The notes beneath the pieces were generated by a model. That model did not search any database and had not been told where the DNA came from. It worked only from the letters and a program-made list of their open reading frames with translations. From the NCBI GenBank assembly GCA_046715155.1, contig JBKJZI010000236.1, positions 1 to 54,332 on the forward strand: a stretch of 54,332 nucleotides of DNA, written 5' to 3'. Origin of the DNA: Chthonomonadales bacterium (GTDB lineage Bacteria; Armatimonadota; Chthonomonadetes; Chthonomonadales; CAJBBX01). The position numbers and the translations under genes are program-made. Of the stretch, positions 28,222 through 37,803 are shown piece after piece (position 1 is the stretch's first letter; each line of letters starts with the position of its first letter).

Positions 28222-28572
28222 ATGTTCGCCCTCAACTTTTACACCGATCTCTATGAAGACGTTCTGCGCACGGGTCGCAAATCGGCGACGATACGTCTGG
28301 GCGACAAATCGGACAAATACCAGACGGGGCAGATTTGCTGGGTCACCGTCGGCCAGCGGTTCGGGAAGCGCCAGAAGCTCTTCTCCGCGATTCTTGACAG
28401 CGTCGAAGTGAAGCTGGTTGCGGACATCTCACCGCGTGACATCACGAAAGAGAATCCGGAATTTCGCTCGCGAGACGAAGTCCTGCAGCTTCTCCGCCGC
28501 ATTTACGGCCCTGAGATCAACCTTGAAGACACCGTCACGGTGGTCTATTTCTCCCCGGTCAGCGAGTACTAA
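28222..28572 (+). CDS. ASCH (PUA-like) domain protein
   Basis: MFALNFYTDLYEDVLRTGRKSATIRLGDKSDKYQTGQICWV...VTVVYFSPV. The first plausible ATG is at 28222, within ORF 28132..28572. Confidence 0.65.
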   Translation: MFALNFYTDLYEDVLRTGRKSATIRLGDKSDKYQTGQICWVTVGQRFGKRQKLFSAILDSVEVKLVADISPRDITKENPEFRSRDEVLQLLRRIYGPEINLEDTVTVVYFSPVSEY

Positions 28573-28577
28573 CCCCT

Positions 28578-31205
28578 ATGCGCCGTTTAGCCTACGCCGT
28601 TCTCGCCGTCGCCCTCGCGTTCGTCCCGCTCCGCCTGTTATCTTCACAGCAGCCCGCAACCGGAGGGGTTTTTACGGACCGGAGCGGCGCTAAACACGCG
28701 TGGAACATTAACTCATCCCACGCGCTGACGTGGGACCGAGAACCCTATATCCCTGTGGGTGGGGTCTTCTGTCCGCGTTACCTGGCCGAGGGCCAGACGG
28801 AATCAAACTGGGCCGCCGACGCGAAGGCGCTGGATTCCCTCAAAGCGAAGGGAATGCAGGACATCCTTATAAACCCCGTGGTCTCTGCCGCTGAGATTCC
28901 GGCCGCCGCGTGGCAGAAACTGATCGACTACCTGGACGCGAACGGATTCCGGTATGGGATTTCATTCGGCCTGGGAATCCGCGCTCCTCTGACAGGGACG
29001 CTTATCAAGCCACAGAGCTACCGCCAGCCCAACATTCGAGAAGGCGCGGAGATCAACTGGAAGGTCTCCGACGCGGATTCCGCCCGCTTTGTAATTGCCG
29101 ATGGGGAAGGGACCGTCCACGACTCGCGCGATATCCAATTCACCAGCGGAAAGGCGACCTTCGTCCCCGACACGAGCGTACTTCCCGGCTCGGTTGCGCT
29201 GCTGTTTCCGCGAAAGACGCTGAAGCCCCACGCGGATGGTTGGCTGCCGGACGTCTGGTCGGATTACGATTCGTATCGCGACCGATTGCTTCGAAGCCTC
29301 GGCGCAGTAAAGTTCGGGCCAGGTCTGCGATTTTTCCTTGACCCGCTGGCGCATCCGTTGCGAATCAGCCTGGAGGCGGACGACCTGGTGCCTGACTCCG
29401 CGGGATTCCGTCTCGAGTGGGAGGCGTACCTGTCGCGGAAATACCGAAGCGCGGACGAGCTGCTGGCGAGCTGGGCGATCCTGGATCGCGAGGTGGATAC
29501 GTACGCCCATGCTGCCGCGCTTGTCCCACTCTGGTCTCGCGGCCGAGGAGTGCCGTACATGCTCGATCCGATCAAGAACCGGCTGATCGAGATGGACCGG
29601 AACTCCGCCGATCAGTCCCGTTTCTGGCAAGATCTCCGACTGTGCCGCCATGAGTCGCTGGCGTACTACATGAACAATGCGGCCGATCTGTTGAAGCGCC
29701 ATATCGCGGACGTTCCGGTCATCTACACCTATACGGATCAGCACCGGATGTTCACCAACTTCCAGCCGGCAGGCGGATTCGACGGTATCGGAATTGCGGC
29801 GTATGGGCGCGGTACTGCCCTTGTCAGCGGCGGCGCGAGCGCCGCCTACTCGCAAGCGAATGAGAGCAAGCGGCCGTCTTGGCTGATAGTGACCGAAATG
29901 CTGGACGGGCCGATCCAATCAAAATTGACGCCCGGATACGAATCCGAACAGGGAATGACGCGCGACCTGGACTGGCTGCGCGGAATCGGCGCCAAAGGGT
30001 TCTTCGTCAACGGGTTTCAGCTTTTGCCCGACGCATCTGCCGCCAACGCGCAGCTCCTCAAAGCCCCCGAGCAGATCGACTGGCTGAAGCGATACGCCGA
30101 CCGCGTGCAGCGCGAGAACGTGGCGCACAATCGGCCGGTCACTCTCCCCTATCCGGCATGCGCTGCGGGGCTGGTAAGCGAAGGACCCATCGGAAGTGGA
30201 AGTGTGTGGTGGGTGCCGTCCCTTTCCGCCGGAAGATCGCTCGAATTCGGGACGTCCTACGCGGGTTACGTCATTGCGATGCCGGAGGGAGATACCACAG
30301 TCCTCTGGTCCCTCGCCGGCCCGCGCGAGACGCGTCTGTACGTCGCCGATCCTCGTACGGTCCAGGTCATGACCGCGGATTTAAAACCCCTATTGACAAA
30401 GGCGAACCTGAAGAAGCGCACCGTAACCGTGGTCATAGATAAGAATCCGGTGGTGATCCGGGGAGCTGGGGAAAACTTTCTACCGCTCGAAGCGGTCGAG
30501 GATTCGCTGCAACAGCTTTACGCGCTGCTGCAAGAAGCGGAAGCCGGCAAGATCCCGGTGCACGAAGCGCGCAACTCATTCGAGAGCGCGCTGCGATCCA
30601 TGAACAACAACCAGCCGCTAATGGCTTTCACCGCCGCGGTGGACGGTCTGAATAAGGCCGGGGCCGCGCTTCAGCCCTATACCTGGATCGAGGCGGAATC
30701 CGCCCAGAACCACAGCTTCAGCGAGGCCAACCACGATGCGGCAGCGTCCGGCGGGGGATTCCTGGCGCTCAACACCGAAACGAATCCGCCCGCCGCCGGC
30801 TACTCCGCGCAGTTCCAGTTCTCGGTGCCGCGGGAAGACGTCTATATGGTTTGGGCAGCCGCAACGCCTCCCGGCACGGAATCATCGCCGTTCTACTGGA
30901 CCATCGATTCCGACGATCCGCAGACCAGCGCTCAGGCGGTACCGATAGGCGGCACGTACTTGCACGACCGGCTGATCTGGCTTCGCCTGGGACGCACGCG
31001 GCTTAAAAAGGGCGACCATACGCTCACCCTGCGCGTGACAGACCGGGCCGCTCCAGAGGGCCGATTCCACCTGGCCCTCGATTCCATCATGGTAACGCGT
31101 TACCCATTCACCCCCTCGGGAATTACAAAACCTCCCCTCGCGCTACTCACCGGCAAGCCGATTCCGCTAACCGACATGTCCAAACGCGCGCGTCCCTCCA
31201 AGTAG
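28578..31205 (+). CDS. large exported hypothetical protein, possibly glycoside-hydrolase-like with a C-terminal carbohydrate-binding-type domain
   Basis: Signal peptide MRRLAYAVLAVALAFVPLRL. 875 aa. C-terminal WIEAESAQNHSF...AAASGGGFLALN resembles CBM-type sugar-binding modules. The family assignment is weak. Confidence 0.8.
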   Translation: MRRLAYAVLAVALAFVPLRLLSSQQPATGGVFTDRSGAKHAWNINSSHALTWDREPYIPVGGVFCPRYLAEGQTESNWAADAKALDSLKAKGMQDILINPVVSAAEIPAAAWQKLIDYLDANGFRYGISFGLGIRAPLTGTLIKPQSYRQPNIREGAEINWKVSDADSARFVIADGEGTVHDSRDIQFTSGKATFVPDTSVLPGSVALLFPRKTLKPHADGWLPDVWSDYDSYRDRLLRSLGAVKFGPGLRFFLDPLAHPLRISLEADDLVPDSAGFRLEWEAYLSRKYRSADELLASWAILDREVDTYAHAAALVPLWSRGRGVPYMLDPIKNRLIEMDRNSADQSRFWQDLRLCRHESLAYYMNNAADLLKRHIADVPVIYTYTDQHRMFTNFQPAGGFDGIGIAAYGRGTALVSGGASAAYSQANESKRPSWLIVTEMLDGPIQSKLTPGYESEQGMTRDLDWLRGIGAKGFFVNGFQLLPDASAANAQLLKAPEQIDWLKRYADRVQRENVAHNRPVTLPYPACAAGLVSEGPIGSGSVWWVPSLSAGRSLEFGTSYAGYVIAMPEGDTTVLWSLAGPRETRLYVADPRTVQVMTADLKPLLTKANLKKRTVTVVIDKNPVVIRGAGENFLPLEAVEDSLQQLYALLQEAEAGKIPVHEARNSFESALRSMNNNQPLMAFTAAVDGLNKAGAALQPYTWIEAESAQNHSFSEANHDAAASGGGFLALNTETNPPAAGYSAQFQFSVPREDVYMVWAAATPPGTESSPFYWTIDSDDPQTSAQAVPIGGTYLHDRLIWLRLGRTRLKKGDHTLTLRVTDRAAPEGRFHLALDSIMVTRYPFTPSGITKPPLALLTGKPIPLTDMSKRARPSK

Positions 31206-31331
31206 GGGCGAGTCCCTTGCGGCCGCCACCGGCTTGTCACCGGACTGGCAATCGTAGGGGCGGCCCTGTGTGGCCGCCCTTATCCTGTGTAAACTGACAC
31301 GCGAGGCAGGCCACACAGGGCCGCCCCTACG
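31202..31331. repeat. REP/REPIN-like element: GTAG-headed GC-rich palindromes in inverted orientation between convergent genes
   Basis: cGTAGGGGCGGCCctgtgtGGCC (31253-31275) is the exact reverse complement of GGCCacacagGGCCGCCCCTACg (31309-31331). The left copy also folds on itself (GGGCGGCC-ctgtgt-GGCCGCCC). A degenerate third copy, GTAGGGGCGagtcccttgcGGCCGCC, lies at 31202-31227. Confidence 0.8.
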
Positions 31332-31338
31332 AATACCG

Positions 31339-32493
31339 TTATACGACGCCCTTCCGCAATTCATTGAGCGGGTAGAGGGTGCCGCGCCAGAGGACCCCGC
31401 CCTGCCGGTAGGTGATCCACATCGACTTCAGCATCGTATAGAGAATAAGGATTCCAGCCAACGGATATCCCAGGCCGATAAGTGGTGATATTCCCATCGT
31501 AAGGCCGGGCGCGGCTGCGGCGGCGGCCATCATCAGCCATGTGGCGCAGCAGATAAGGCGCGGTCCGATCGGCCCTGCGAACGCTCCGATCGCCGGCCAG
31601 ACGGCGAAGAAGAATAGCATCGCACACGAAACAACCACTCGGTCCGGGCGGAATCCGAGACCGGCGAACATGTTCTTCGTTAGCCCGTTTATGGCCCCGC
31701 CGAGGCCAGAAATCCAACGGACCTTGACCATCTCGCGGGATGCGATCACGTCGCACCGGGCGCCACTGCGTTTGAAGAGCTTGCCGAGCTTGACGTCGTC
31801 CGCCACTTCCAGCGGGAGCGCGGCGTGGCCGCCCATTTTTCGATAGGCTTCCGTCCTTACGAGGTTGAAGGCGCCCACCCCAATATACGCGGAACTCATC
31901 GGATTTCGGACGTCCCATGGACGGAATCGAGCGCTGAAGATAACTCCGAAGAAGCTGACAAATAGCGTTTCCCAGAATCCGCGCAGCAAGACCCGTGGAA
32001 AAAGGGCTAGATGGTCCAGGTTTCGGTCCACCGCGAATCCGACCGCACGTCGAAGCGCTCCCGGGTCAAAATGGACGTCGGCATCAGTGAACAGAATCCA
32101 TGGGGTCTTGGCGAGAGACGCGCCGGTCCAGAGCGCGTGATTCTTTCCAAGCCAGCCTGGTGGCAGCTCTGTCACGTGGATGACGGTCAGCCGGTCCGCG
32201 GCCGTGGCAAGTTCATCGAGAGTCCGCCCTGTCCCGTCAGTCGAACGATCGTCGACCGCTATGACGGTGAGCTCGGGGTAATCGCTTGCAAGTAAGGATC
32301 GCATGGCCGGATCTATCGTTTCCTCCTCGTTGAGGGCCGGAACGATAACGGCGAGCGCGGGAAGACTCCCATCCGTCGCTGGTGGGATGCTTTCAAGCGC
32401 CAACTCGCTGCGGAAGTATCGGTGGAAGAGGAACGTGAGTCCCGTCCAAGCACTGAGTGAGAAGAGGGCGGCGACCCACCAGGCGAGAGTCAT
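31339..32493 (-). CDS. family 2 glycosyltransferase, integral membrane
   Basis: LAVIVPALNEEETI...VIAVDDRSTDGT...GWLGKNHAL...FTDADV (GT-A DxD region), followed by several C-terminal TM helices. Confidence 0.85.
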   Translation of the reverse strand: MTLAWWVAALFSLSAWTGLTFLFHRYFRSELALESIPPATDGSLPALAVIVPALNEEETIDPAMRSLLASDYPELTVIAVDDRSTDGTGRTLDELATAADRLTVIHVTELPPGWLGKNHALWTGASLAKTPWILFTDADVHFDPGALRRAVGFAVDRNLDHLALFPRVLLRGFWETLFVSFFGVIFSARFRPWDVRNPMSSAYIGVGAFNLVRTEAYRKMGGHAALPLEVADDVKLGKLFKRSGARCDVIASREMVKVRWISGLGGAINGLTKNMFAGLGFRPDRVVVSCAMLFFFAVWPAIGAFAGPIGPRLICCATWLMMAAAAAAPGLTMGISPLIGLGYPLAGILILYTMLKSMWITYRQGGVLWRGTLYPLNELRKGVV

Positions 32494-32504
32494 TGGCCAG
32501 CGAG

Positions 32505-35500
32505 TCAGGCGACCAACTGTTCCAGGGGCTCCGTGTCGTCACAGTGAAGGGCGAGTGCGACGGCGCGGTCCAACGACAATGCTGCGCCCGCGGCCCACGC
32601 TGCCGCGAAGTCCTCCTCCCGCAGCTCCGCCTTCATCGCGCGGATGTCCAACTCACGGAGGCTCCGCGCACGCTCACCCAATGGAATCCCGAGCTTGGCT
32701 TGGGCGGATTCCGCCGCCGCCATGAGCTTCGCCGCGGTGTACGGCTGGGACTCGCAGCGGGCCACGTTTCCCAGACTCGCGATGGTCTCCGCCATACCGG
32801 CTTTGTCGCCCAGGTCGCGATTCATGTGAAGGCTTTGCTCGAAATGCTCCCTGGCGCGGCGAAGGTCCCCCTGGCGCAATCTCACTTCGCCGATATTGTG
32901 ATGGAGTAAGGCTTCGCCCCAACGGTTTCCCAGCTCTCTGAATAGGTCGAGGCTGTGCTGGTAACAGACGTACGCAGGGCGGAACTTGAGCTGCTCGAAT
33001 GCGGCGCTGCCTTCGTTGTTGAGGACTATCGCCGCCTGCGACCGGTCGCCGAGCTGCTCGAATAGCTGGCGGCTCCGGCGATAGTAGTCGATGGCAGTAA
33101 GGTGGTCATCCTGGTCCTGAGAGATACGGCCGAGGTTGTTCAGGCAGGCTGCTTCCCCCCATCGATCTCCCATCTTCTTACGAAGGTCCAGGCAGAGCTC
33201 GTAGTTCTCCCGCGCCGTTCGGCTATCGCCGCGATCACCCGCCAATACGCCGAGATTATTGTAAGCCTCCGCCTTAGCAGATGCGTCACGGAATCGCTTC
33301 GCGAGGTTCAGACTGCTTGTCAAGGCGGATTCCGCGCACTTCTGATCTCCCAAATGATAGGCCAGCACGCCCAGTCCGTTGAGCGCTCTGGCTCGCGTGA
33401 TTGTTGGCTCCTGGGAACCGGCAAGGGCGACTTCGAGCCACTGACGGCCTTCACCGACGTAACCGCGCACGAACCAGAAACGCCAAAGTGCGGCCGCCAG
33501 TCGCAGACCGATCTCGTCGTTTGTAAACCGTGACAGCGCTGCTCGGAAGTTGTCGTGTTCCATCTCGATGCGGGTGTACGCCGAAGTCGAATCCGCGCTT
33601 CGGAATGACGACTCAGCCGATTCCGCTATCTGAAGAAAATGCTCGGCATGAAGACGATAAAGCGACCTGCGATCGGCTTCATCCAGCATTTCGTCCGTAT
33701 ACTCCCGAAGTGTTTCGAGAATGCGGAAGCGCATATCGTCTTCAGCGAGAAGCTCGGTAACAATGAGCGAGCGCTGCACCAGCGCGTCAACGAGCTCGAA
33801 GGCGTCCGGTATCCCGCACACCTGCTGCGCCTGCTCCAGGGTCCATGTCCCGCGAAAGACCGAGAGTTGTGAATAGAACCGAGCCATGTCCGCCGGCAAG
33901 AGGTCGTAACTCCAGGCAATCGCTGATCTTATGGATTGGTGTCGGGGTTCTACGTTCTTCTTGCGACTCACCAGGAAACTCAGCCGCCGCCCCAACTGGC
34001 TGAGCATTTGCGTTGGGCTGATCGATTGCGCCCTGGCTGCGGCCAGCTCGATAGCCAGAGGGACTCCTTCGAGCTTTTCACATATCGCGGCGACGACCGG
34101 CGCATTGCGCGACGTGATTTGAAAGTCCGGGCTTACGGCCTGCGCGCGGTCGACGAACATCTGTACGCACGCAAACTCCATCAGCCGGTCCGGCGTGCCG
34201 GGTCGAGACGGTATGGGAAGGGGCCTGAGGGGAATGACGACTTCGCCTTGCAGATCGAGCGGTTGGCGAGAAGTGATAAGGCAGGTAAGCGTTGGCGCCT
34301 TCTGGAGTAAACCCCAGACCCACTCGGCCGCCTCTGGCTCGAGGTGCTCGAAGTTGTCGAACACGACAAGCGCTGGAGCGCCCGCCAGCGCGTTGACGGT
34401 CATCAGCTCTAAGTCTCCGACGGGTGAACGCGGAACGCCTAGCGCATTTGCGAGCGCGTCAGGAAGGGAGCGCGCGTCATGGAGATCCGCCAGCGGGACG
34501 AAATAGACCCGCTGGGCATAATCGGCGGAGATACGGTGGGAGAGCTCCAGGGCCAGCCTGGTTTTCCCCGCGCCGCCAGGGCCCGCAAGCGTCACCAGCC
34601 GCTCGGCTCCTTGCTGGAGGGCTTCCAGAAGGCGCTGCAGTTCAACCTCACGGCCAAAGAATCGTGTGAGAACCAGGGGCAGGCGTACGGGTTCGGGTGA
34701 TTTCGATGCCTGCTCCGGTTTCGGCAAATCCTCAGCCGGCGTGCTCGCGACAACGCTGCCGGGTGGTCGAGTCGCGCGGTAAGCTGGATCCCGCCGCACG
34801 AGGATTCCGGTTTGCAGCCGAATCAGCTTCGTTAGCTCGACTATCTCCGGACTGGGGCGTAGGCCGAGATCGCGACGGAGAATGCGGGACAGTCGGCGAT
34901 ACTGCTCCTGCGCGTCATGCGGCCGGCCGAGCTTCAGGTATAGCCGCATGAGATCATAGTGCGCTTCCTCGGAGTCATGCGCAGCGGAGATGGCCCGCAG
35001 TCCAAAGTCGAGGGCATCCTGGTAGGAGCCTCGTTCCTCGAGGTGCAATACGATCTGCCTGAGGGCCTGAAGATGCATCACCAGAAGTCGCTCGCGCGAG
35101 ACGAGCACCCAGTCGTCGTAGCAGCCCGGAAGGAATCCGCCATGATACATCTCGACTGCCCGAAGATGAAGTTGGAGTTTTTCGTCGGGATCGTCCGTCG
35201 ACTTAGCGCTCTCGATGAGGCTCAGAAACTCAGCGACATCGGTCGTGATGCTAGAAGGGTTAAGGCGGGCGAAACGCCGAGGAGCAATGAGGAAAGTCGA
35301 TAGGGGAACTCCCGGGGGTTCTAGCTGCTTGCGAAGCGATGTCAGCGCCTGGCTGAGGCTCTGGCTGCCGCGATCCCATTCGGAATCGGGCCAGAATAAC
35401 TCCATAAGCTCATCGCGGGAGTGGTCTTCCCTCAGGTTGTAGGCGAGATAGGCGAGGAGGAGACCGGTCTTGCGCGTCTGGAAGCGAACGATCTCGCGCC

Positions 35501-35555
35501 CATCGCTAATCGCCCTTAAGCCTCCAAAAAACTCGATTCTCCACGGCGTAATCAT
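32505..35555 (-). CDS. BTAD/SARP-type transcriptional regulator with NB-ARC-like ATPase and TPR domains
   Basis: The N-terminal winged-helix plus BTAD region has LLAYLAYNL and YHGGFLPG. Walker A is LAGPGGAGKTRLALE. The C-terminal ~400 aa are TPR repeats. The start is set at ATG 35555 (MITPWRIEFFGGLRAI); the ORF is open to 35780. Confidence 0.85.
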   Translation of the reverse strand: MITPWRIEFFGGLRAISDGREIVRFQTRKTGLLLAYLAYNLREDHSRDELMELFWPDSEWDRGSQSLSQALTSLRKQLEPPGVPLSTFLIAPRRFARLNPSSITTDVAEFLSLIESAKSTDDPDEKLQLHLRAVEMYHGGFLPGCYDDWVLVSRERLLVMHLQALRQIVLHLEERGSYQDALDFGLRAISAAHDSEEAHYDLMRLYLKLGRPHDAQEQYRRLSRILRRDLGLRPSPEIVELTKLIRLQTGILVRRDPAYRATRPPGSVVASTPAEDLPKPEQASKSPEPVRLPLVLTRFFGREVELQRLLEALQQGAERLVTLAGPGGAGKTRLALELSHRISADYAQRVYFVPLADLHDARSLPDALANALGVPRSPVGDLELMTVNALAGAPALVVFDNFEHLEPEAAEWVWGLLQKAPTLTCLITSRQPLDLQGEVVIPLRPLPIPSRPGTPDRLMEFACVQMFVDRAQAVSPDFQITSRNAPVVAAICEKLEGVPLAIELAAARAQSISPTQMLSQLGRRLSFLVSRKKNVEPRHQSIRSAIAWSYDLLPADMARFYSQLSVFRGTWTLEQAQQVCGIPDAFELVDALVQRSLIVTELLAEDDMRFRILETLREYTDEMLDEADRRSLYRLHAEHFLQIAESAESSFRSADSTSAYTRIEMEHDNFRAALSRFTNDEIGLRLAAALWRFWFVRGYVGEGRQWLEVALAGSQEPTITRARALNGLGVLAYHLGDQKCAESALTSSLNLAKRFRDASAKAEAYNNLGVLAGDRGDSRTARENYELCLDLRKKMGDRWGEAACLNNLGRISQDQDDHLTAIDYYRRSRQLFEQLGDRSQAAIVLNNEGSAAFEQLKFRPAYVCYQHSLDLFRELGNRWGEALLHHNIGEVRLRQGDLRRAREHFEQSLHMNRDLGDKAGMAETIASLGNVARCESQPYTAAKLMAAAESAQAKLGIPLGERARSLRELDIRAMKAELREEDFAAAWAAGAALSLDRAVALALHCDDTEPLEQLVA

Positions 35556-35840
35556 CGTGCCGGAGTCCCTCAACAGAAGAAACGCGCGGATCTCAGGTCC
35601 ATCCAGACCCACGGCATGAGGACGCACGCTCATCGATAACATTCTCGATACGTCACGTTCACGGTAGGCTGGATCAATTCCTCTGAATTCGCAAGATTCC
35701 GTCACGCCTCGGTCTGTCCCGGCTTCTTGTGAAGCGCCCCCAATGAAGTGTGGCGAACTGAATGATCGAGTAGACGGCATCTCCGCTTCGGCGTGCCGGC
35801 CCCTGAGCTACCTCGAGGGTAACCGGCGGATTCCGGTAGG

Positions 35841-36431
35841 TCAGACGCTCCGGCGCTTCGGAGTTGGGATGGCCGCTCTCTCGCCAGCCGGAGGTTGGGA
35901 GGAGGGAGCCTTACGCATGGCGTGGGTCCGCAGCGTCCGGAAAACCAGGTCGGCGAGTGGAAAAACGACGTTGAGGTTAGTGCCGTGGTTCTTGTGATGG
36001 AGCCGATGGTGCTCGTTCAGGAACCTGAAGAGACGGGTCCGCTCGATCCAGCGATCACGCGGTACGTGCATAACGTAGTGCATGCCTTCGTAGCAGCAGT
36101 AGTAGAAGGTGATGGAGGCCATCGCTCCCCAGAGGCTTGGGATTCCGGTCAGCTTCTGGGCGAGCCAGGCGAAGGGAAAGTGGAATCCGAGGAAGAGCGG
36201 GAGGGCGAACCAGTCCATCATGATATGGTGGCCGTGCGGGTCGTCTTCGCTCGGCAGATCGTAGCTATCGTCGCCCCGGTACATGCCGTGGTGCGTGAGC
36301 GCATGCGCCTTGTAGGTGGCCGGAATCAACTTCGGGCTATGGAACAGATGCTTATGAAACACCCACTCAAAAAAGCTCCCATAGACGAACCACGCGACGA
36401 ACGCACCGGCCTGATACAGAACAAAAGTCAT
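35841..36431 (-). CDS. fatty-acid hydroxylase/sterol-desaturase superfamily membrane protein
   Basis: His boxes HKHLFH, HALTHHGMY and HHRLHH. ATG 36431 follows GGGAGAAG. Confidence 0.8.
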   Translation of the reverse strand: MTFVLYQAGAFVAWFVYGSFFEWVFHKHLFHSPKLIPATYKAHALTHHGMYRGDDSYDLPSEDDPHGHHIMMDWFALPLFLGFHFPFAWLAQKLTGIPSLWGAMASITFYYCCYEGMHYVMHVPRDRWIERTRLFRFLNEHHRLHHKNHGTNLNVVFPLADLVFRTLRTHAMRKAPSSQPPAGERAAIPTPKRRSV

Positions 36432-36597
36432 GCTCGATCTTCTCCCTACTTCGCATCGTTCCTCAACCCGAGTTCGGCACGCCGCAAAAAAGCCCCGGCG
36501 CGTTGCGCGGTAAACGTGCGCGCATCGACAGCTTGAGGCTCTCACTTAGTGCGCGGCTGATGTGCGTGGCGCAGCCTGACGCCGCCGCTAGTATACC

Positions 36598-37728
36598 TTA
36601 ACCGATATCCCGGCCCTGCCCGCCGTCACCGATTGCCGCCGGTTCTTTGAGAAGCTCCCGCGCGCGCTGACGGAGCCGATCCAAGGGCTGATATTCAATG
36701 CCTGTTTCGGGGCGGGCCATCCATGCAGTCCAGCCATTGCAGCCCGCAGCGCCCAGAAGATGGGCGCCAACGAAATGGATACTCCCGCGTGCGCCGTTAG
36801 AAGATATAGTGCCGTCAGCGTGGATCAATCCGAATAGTGGTCCGCTGCCAAGACGCAGCCGGTCCCCTTCCCTTACGAGACCCAATTCCAACAGGACGGA
36901 GAAAGCGACACGCTCCGGCTGAGGCGGAGGCGGCGCTAGGGATTCATCCGGCGCGGGCGTCACGGATTCGATCCTCATGCGGCCAGCGTCAACATAAGCG
37001 TCCTCGCGTTCGATTCCGATAAACCGGCGGCCCAGCCGCTTTGCGACCGACGCCGTGGTGCCCGCTCCTAAGAAAGGGTCCAGAACGGTATCGCCAGGAT
37101 TTGTGCAGCTTCGGATGATGCGATGCAAAAGGGCTTCCGGCTTCTGGGTGGTGTGGACTTTACCGTTCGCGTCGCGGAGTCGCTCTCTCCCCTGGCAGAT
37201 CGGCAGATACCAATCGCTGCGCGCCTGCAGATCTTCGTTGCCGGCCTTGAGCGACCCGTAATGAAATGTATAGCGCTTCTGTTCCGCCGACTTCTTCGCC
37301 CAAATCAGAGTTTCGTGCGCGTTGCAGAATCGGACCCCGCGGAACTGCGGCATGGGATTGGATTTGACCCAGCAGATGTCGTTGAGAATCCAATATCCGA
37401 GGTCCTGAAGGATGGAGCCGACTCGGAAGATGTTATGGTAGGTGCCGATAACCCAAATAGTCCCCGTGTCTTTCAACACGCGGCGGCATGCCAGGAGCCA
37501 CTCTCGGGTGAACCTATCGTAGGCTTCAAAGCTCATGAACTGGTCCCAACCGTCATTCACCGCATCAACGCGCGACATATCGGGCCGGTAGAGCTCTTTG
37601 CGAAGCTGAAGGTTATACGGAGGGTCCGCAAAGACGAGGTCCGCGCACTGCTCAGGGAGCGACTGCATAACCTGAATGCAGTCGCCCTGGATGATGTCAC
37701 CGCCGTCCATTTCGATCTTCACGTTCAC
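36598..37728 (-). CDS. ccrM: CcrM-type beta-class N6-adenine DNA methyltransferase (predicted GANTC specificity); no adjacent endonuclease
   Basis: LVFADPPYNLQL (motif IV DPPY), VLDPFLGAGTTASVAKRLGRRFIGIERE (motif I). There are long collinear blocks I recall from Caulobacter CcrM: DAVNDGWDQF, YDRFTREWL, RRVLKDTGTIWVIGTYHNIFRVG, NPMPQFRGVRFCNAHETLIWA, KRYTFHY, TQKPEALL. The CcrM-specific C-terminal domain is also present (GSIHFVGA...CNGWTAW). Confidence 0.9.
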   Translation of the reverse strand: MNVKIEMDGGDIIQGDCIQVMQSLPEQCADLVFADPPYNLQLRKELYRPDMSRVDAVNDGWDQFMSFEAYDRFTREWLLACRRVLKDTGTIWVIGTYHNIFRVGSILQDLGYWILNDICWVKSNPMPQFRGVRFCNAHETLIWAKKSAEQKRYTFHYGSLKAGNEDLQARSDWYLPICQGRERLRDANGKVHTTQKPEALLHRIIRSCTNPGDTVLDPFLGAGTTASVAKRLGRRFIGIEREDAYVDAGRMRIESVTPAPDESLAPPPPQPERVAFSVLLELGLVREGDRLRLGSGPLFGLIHADGTISSNGARGSIHFVGAHLLGAAGCNGWTAWMARPETGIEYQPLDRLRQRARELLKEPAAIGDGGQGRDIG

Positions 37729-37744
37729 GACCCCCGGTCGTTTA

Positions 37745-37803
37745 GTAATTAACTAATCAGTCAACAGTAATGGCCCTTACTGATCACTGTTTACTGATTA
37801 CTG
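37745..37803. repeat. imperfect hairpin of ACTGATN heptamers between ccrM start and fmt stop
   Basis: cagtcaacagtaa (37758-37770), loop tggccc, ttactgatcactg (37777-37789): 11 of 13 bp. The right arm continues as actgatc-actgttt-actgatt-actg and overlaps the fmt stop codon. Confidence 0.7.

Noticed and set aside
28962-29918. 318-aa minus-strand ORF inside the 875-aa exported protein gene
   Set aside because: It is Arg-rich with no RBS or motif. The plus-strand ORF spans 2.6 kb uninterrupted and has a signal peptide.
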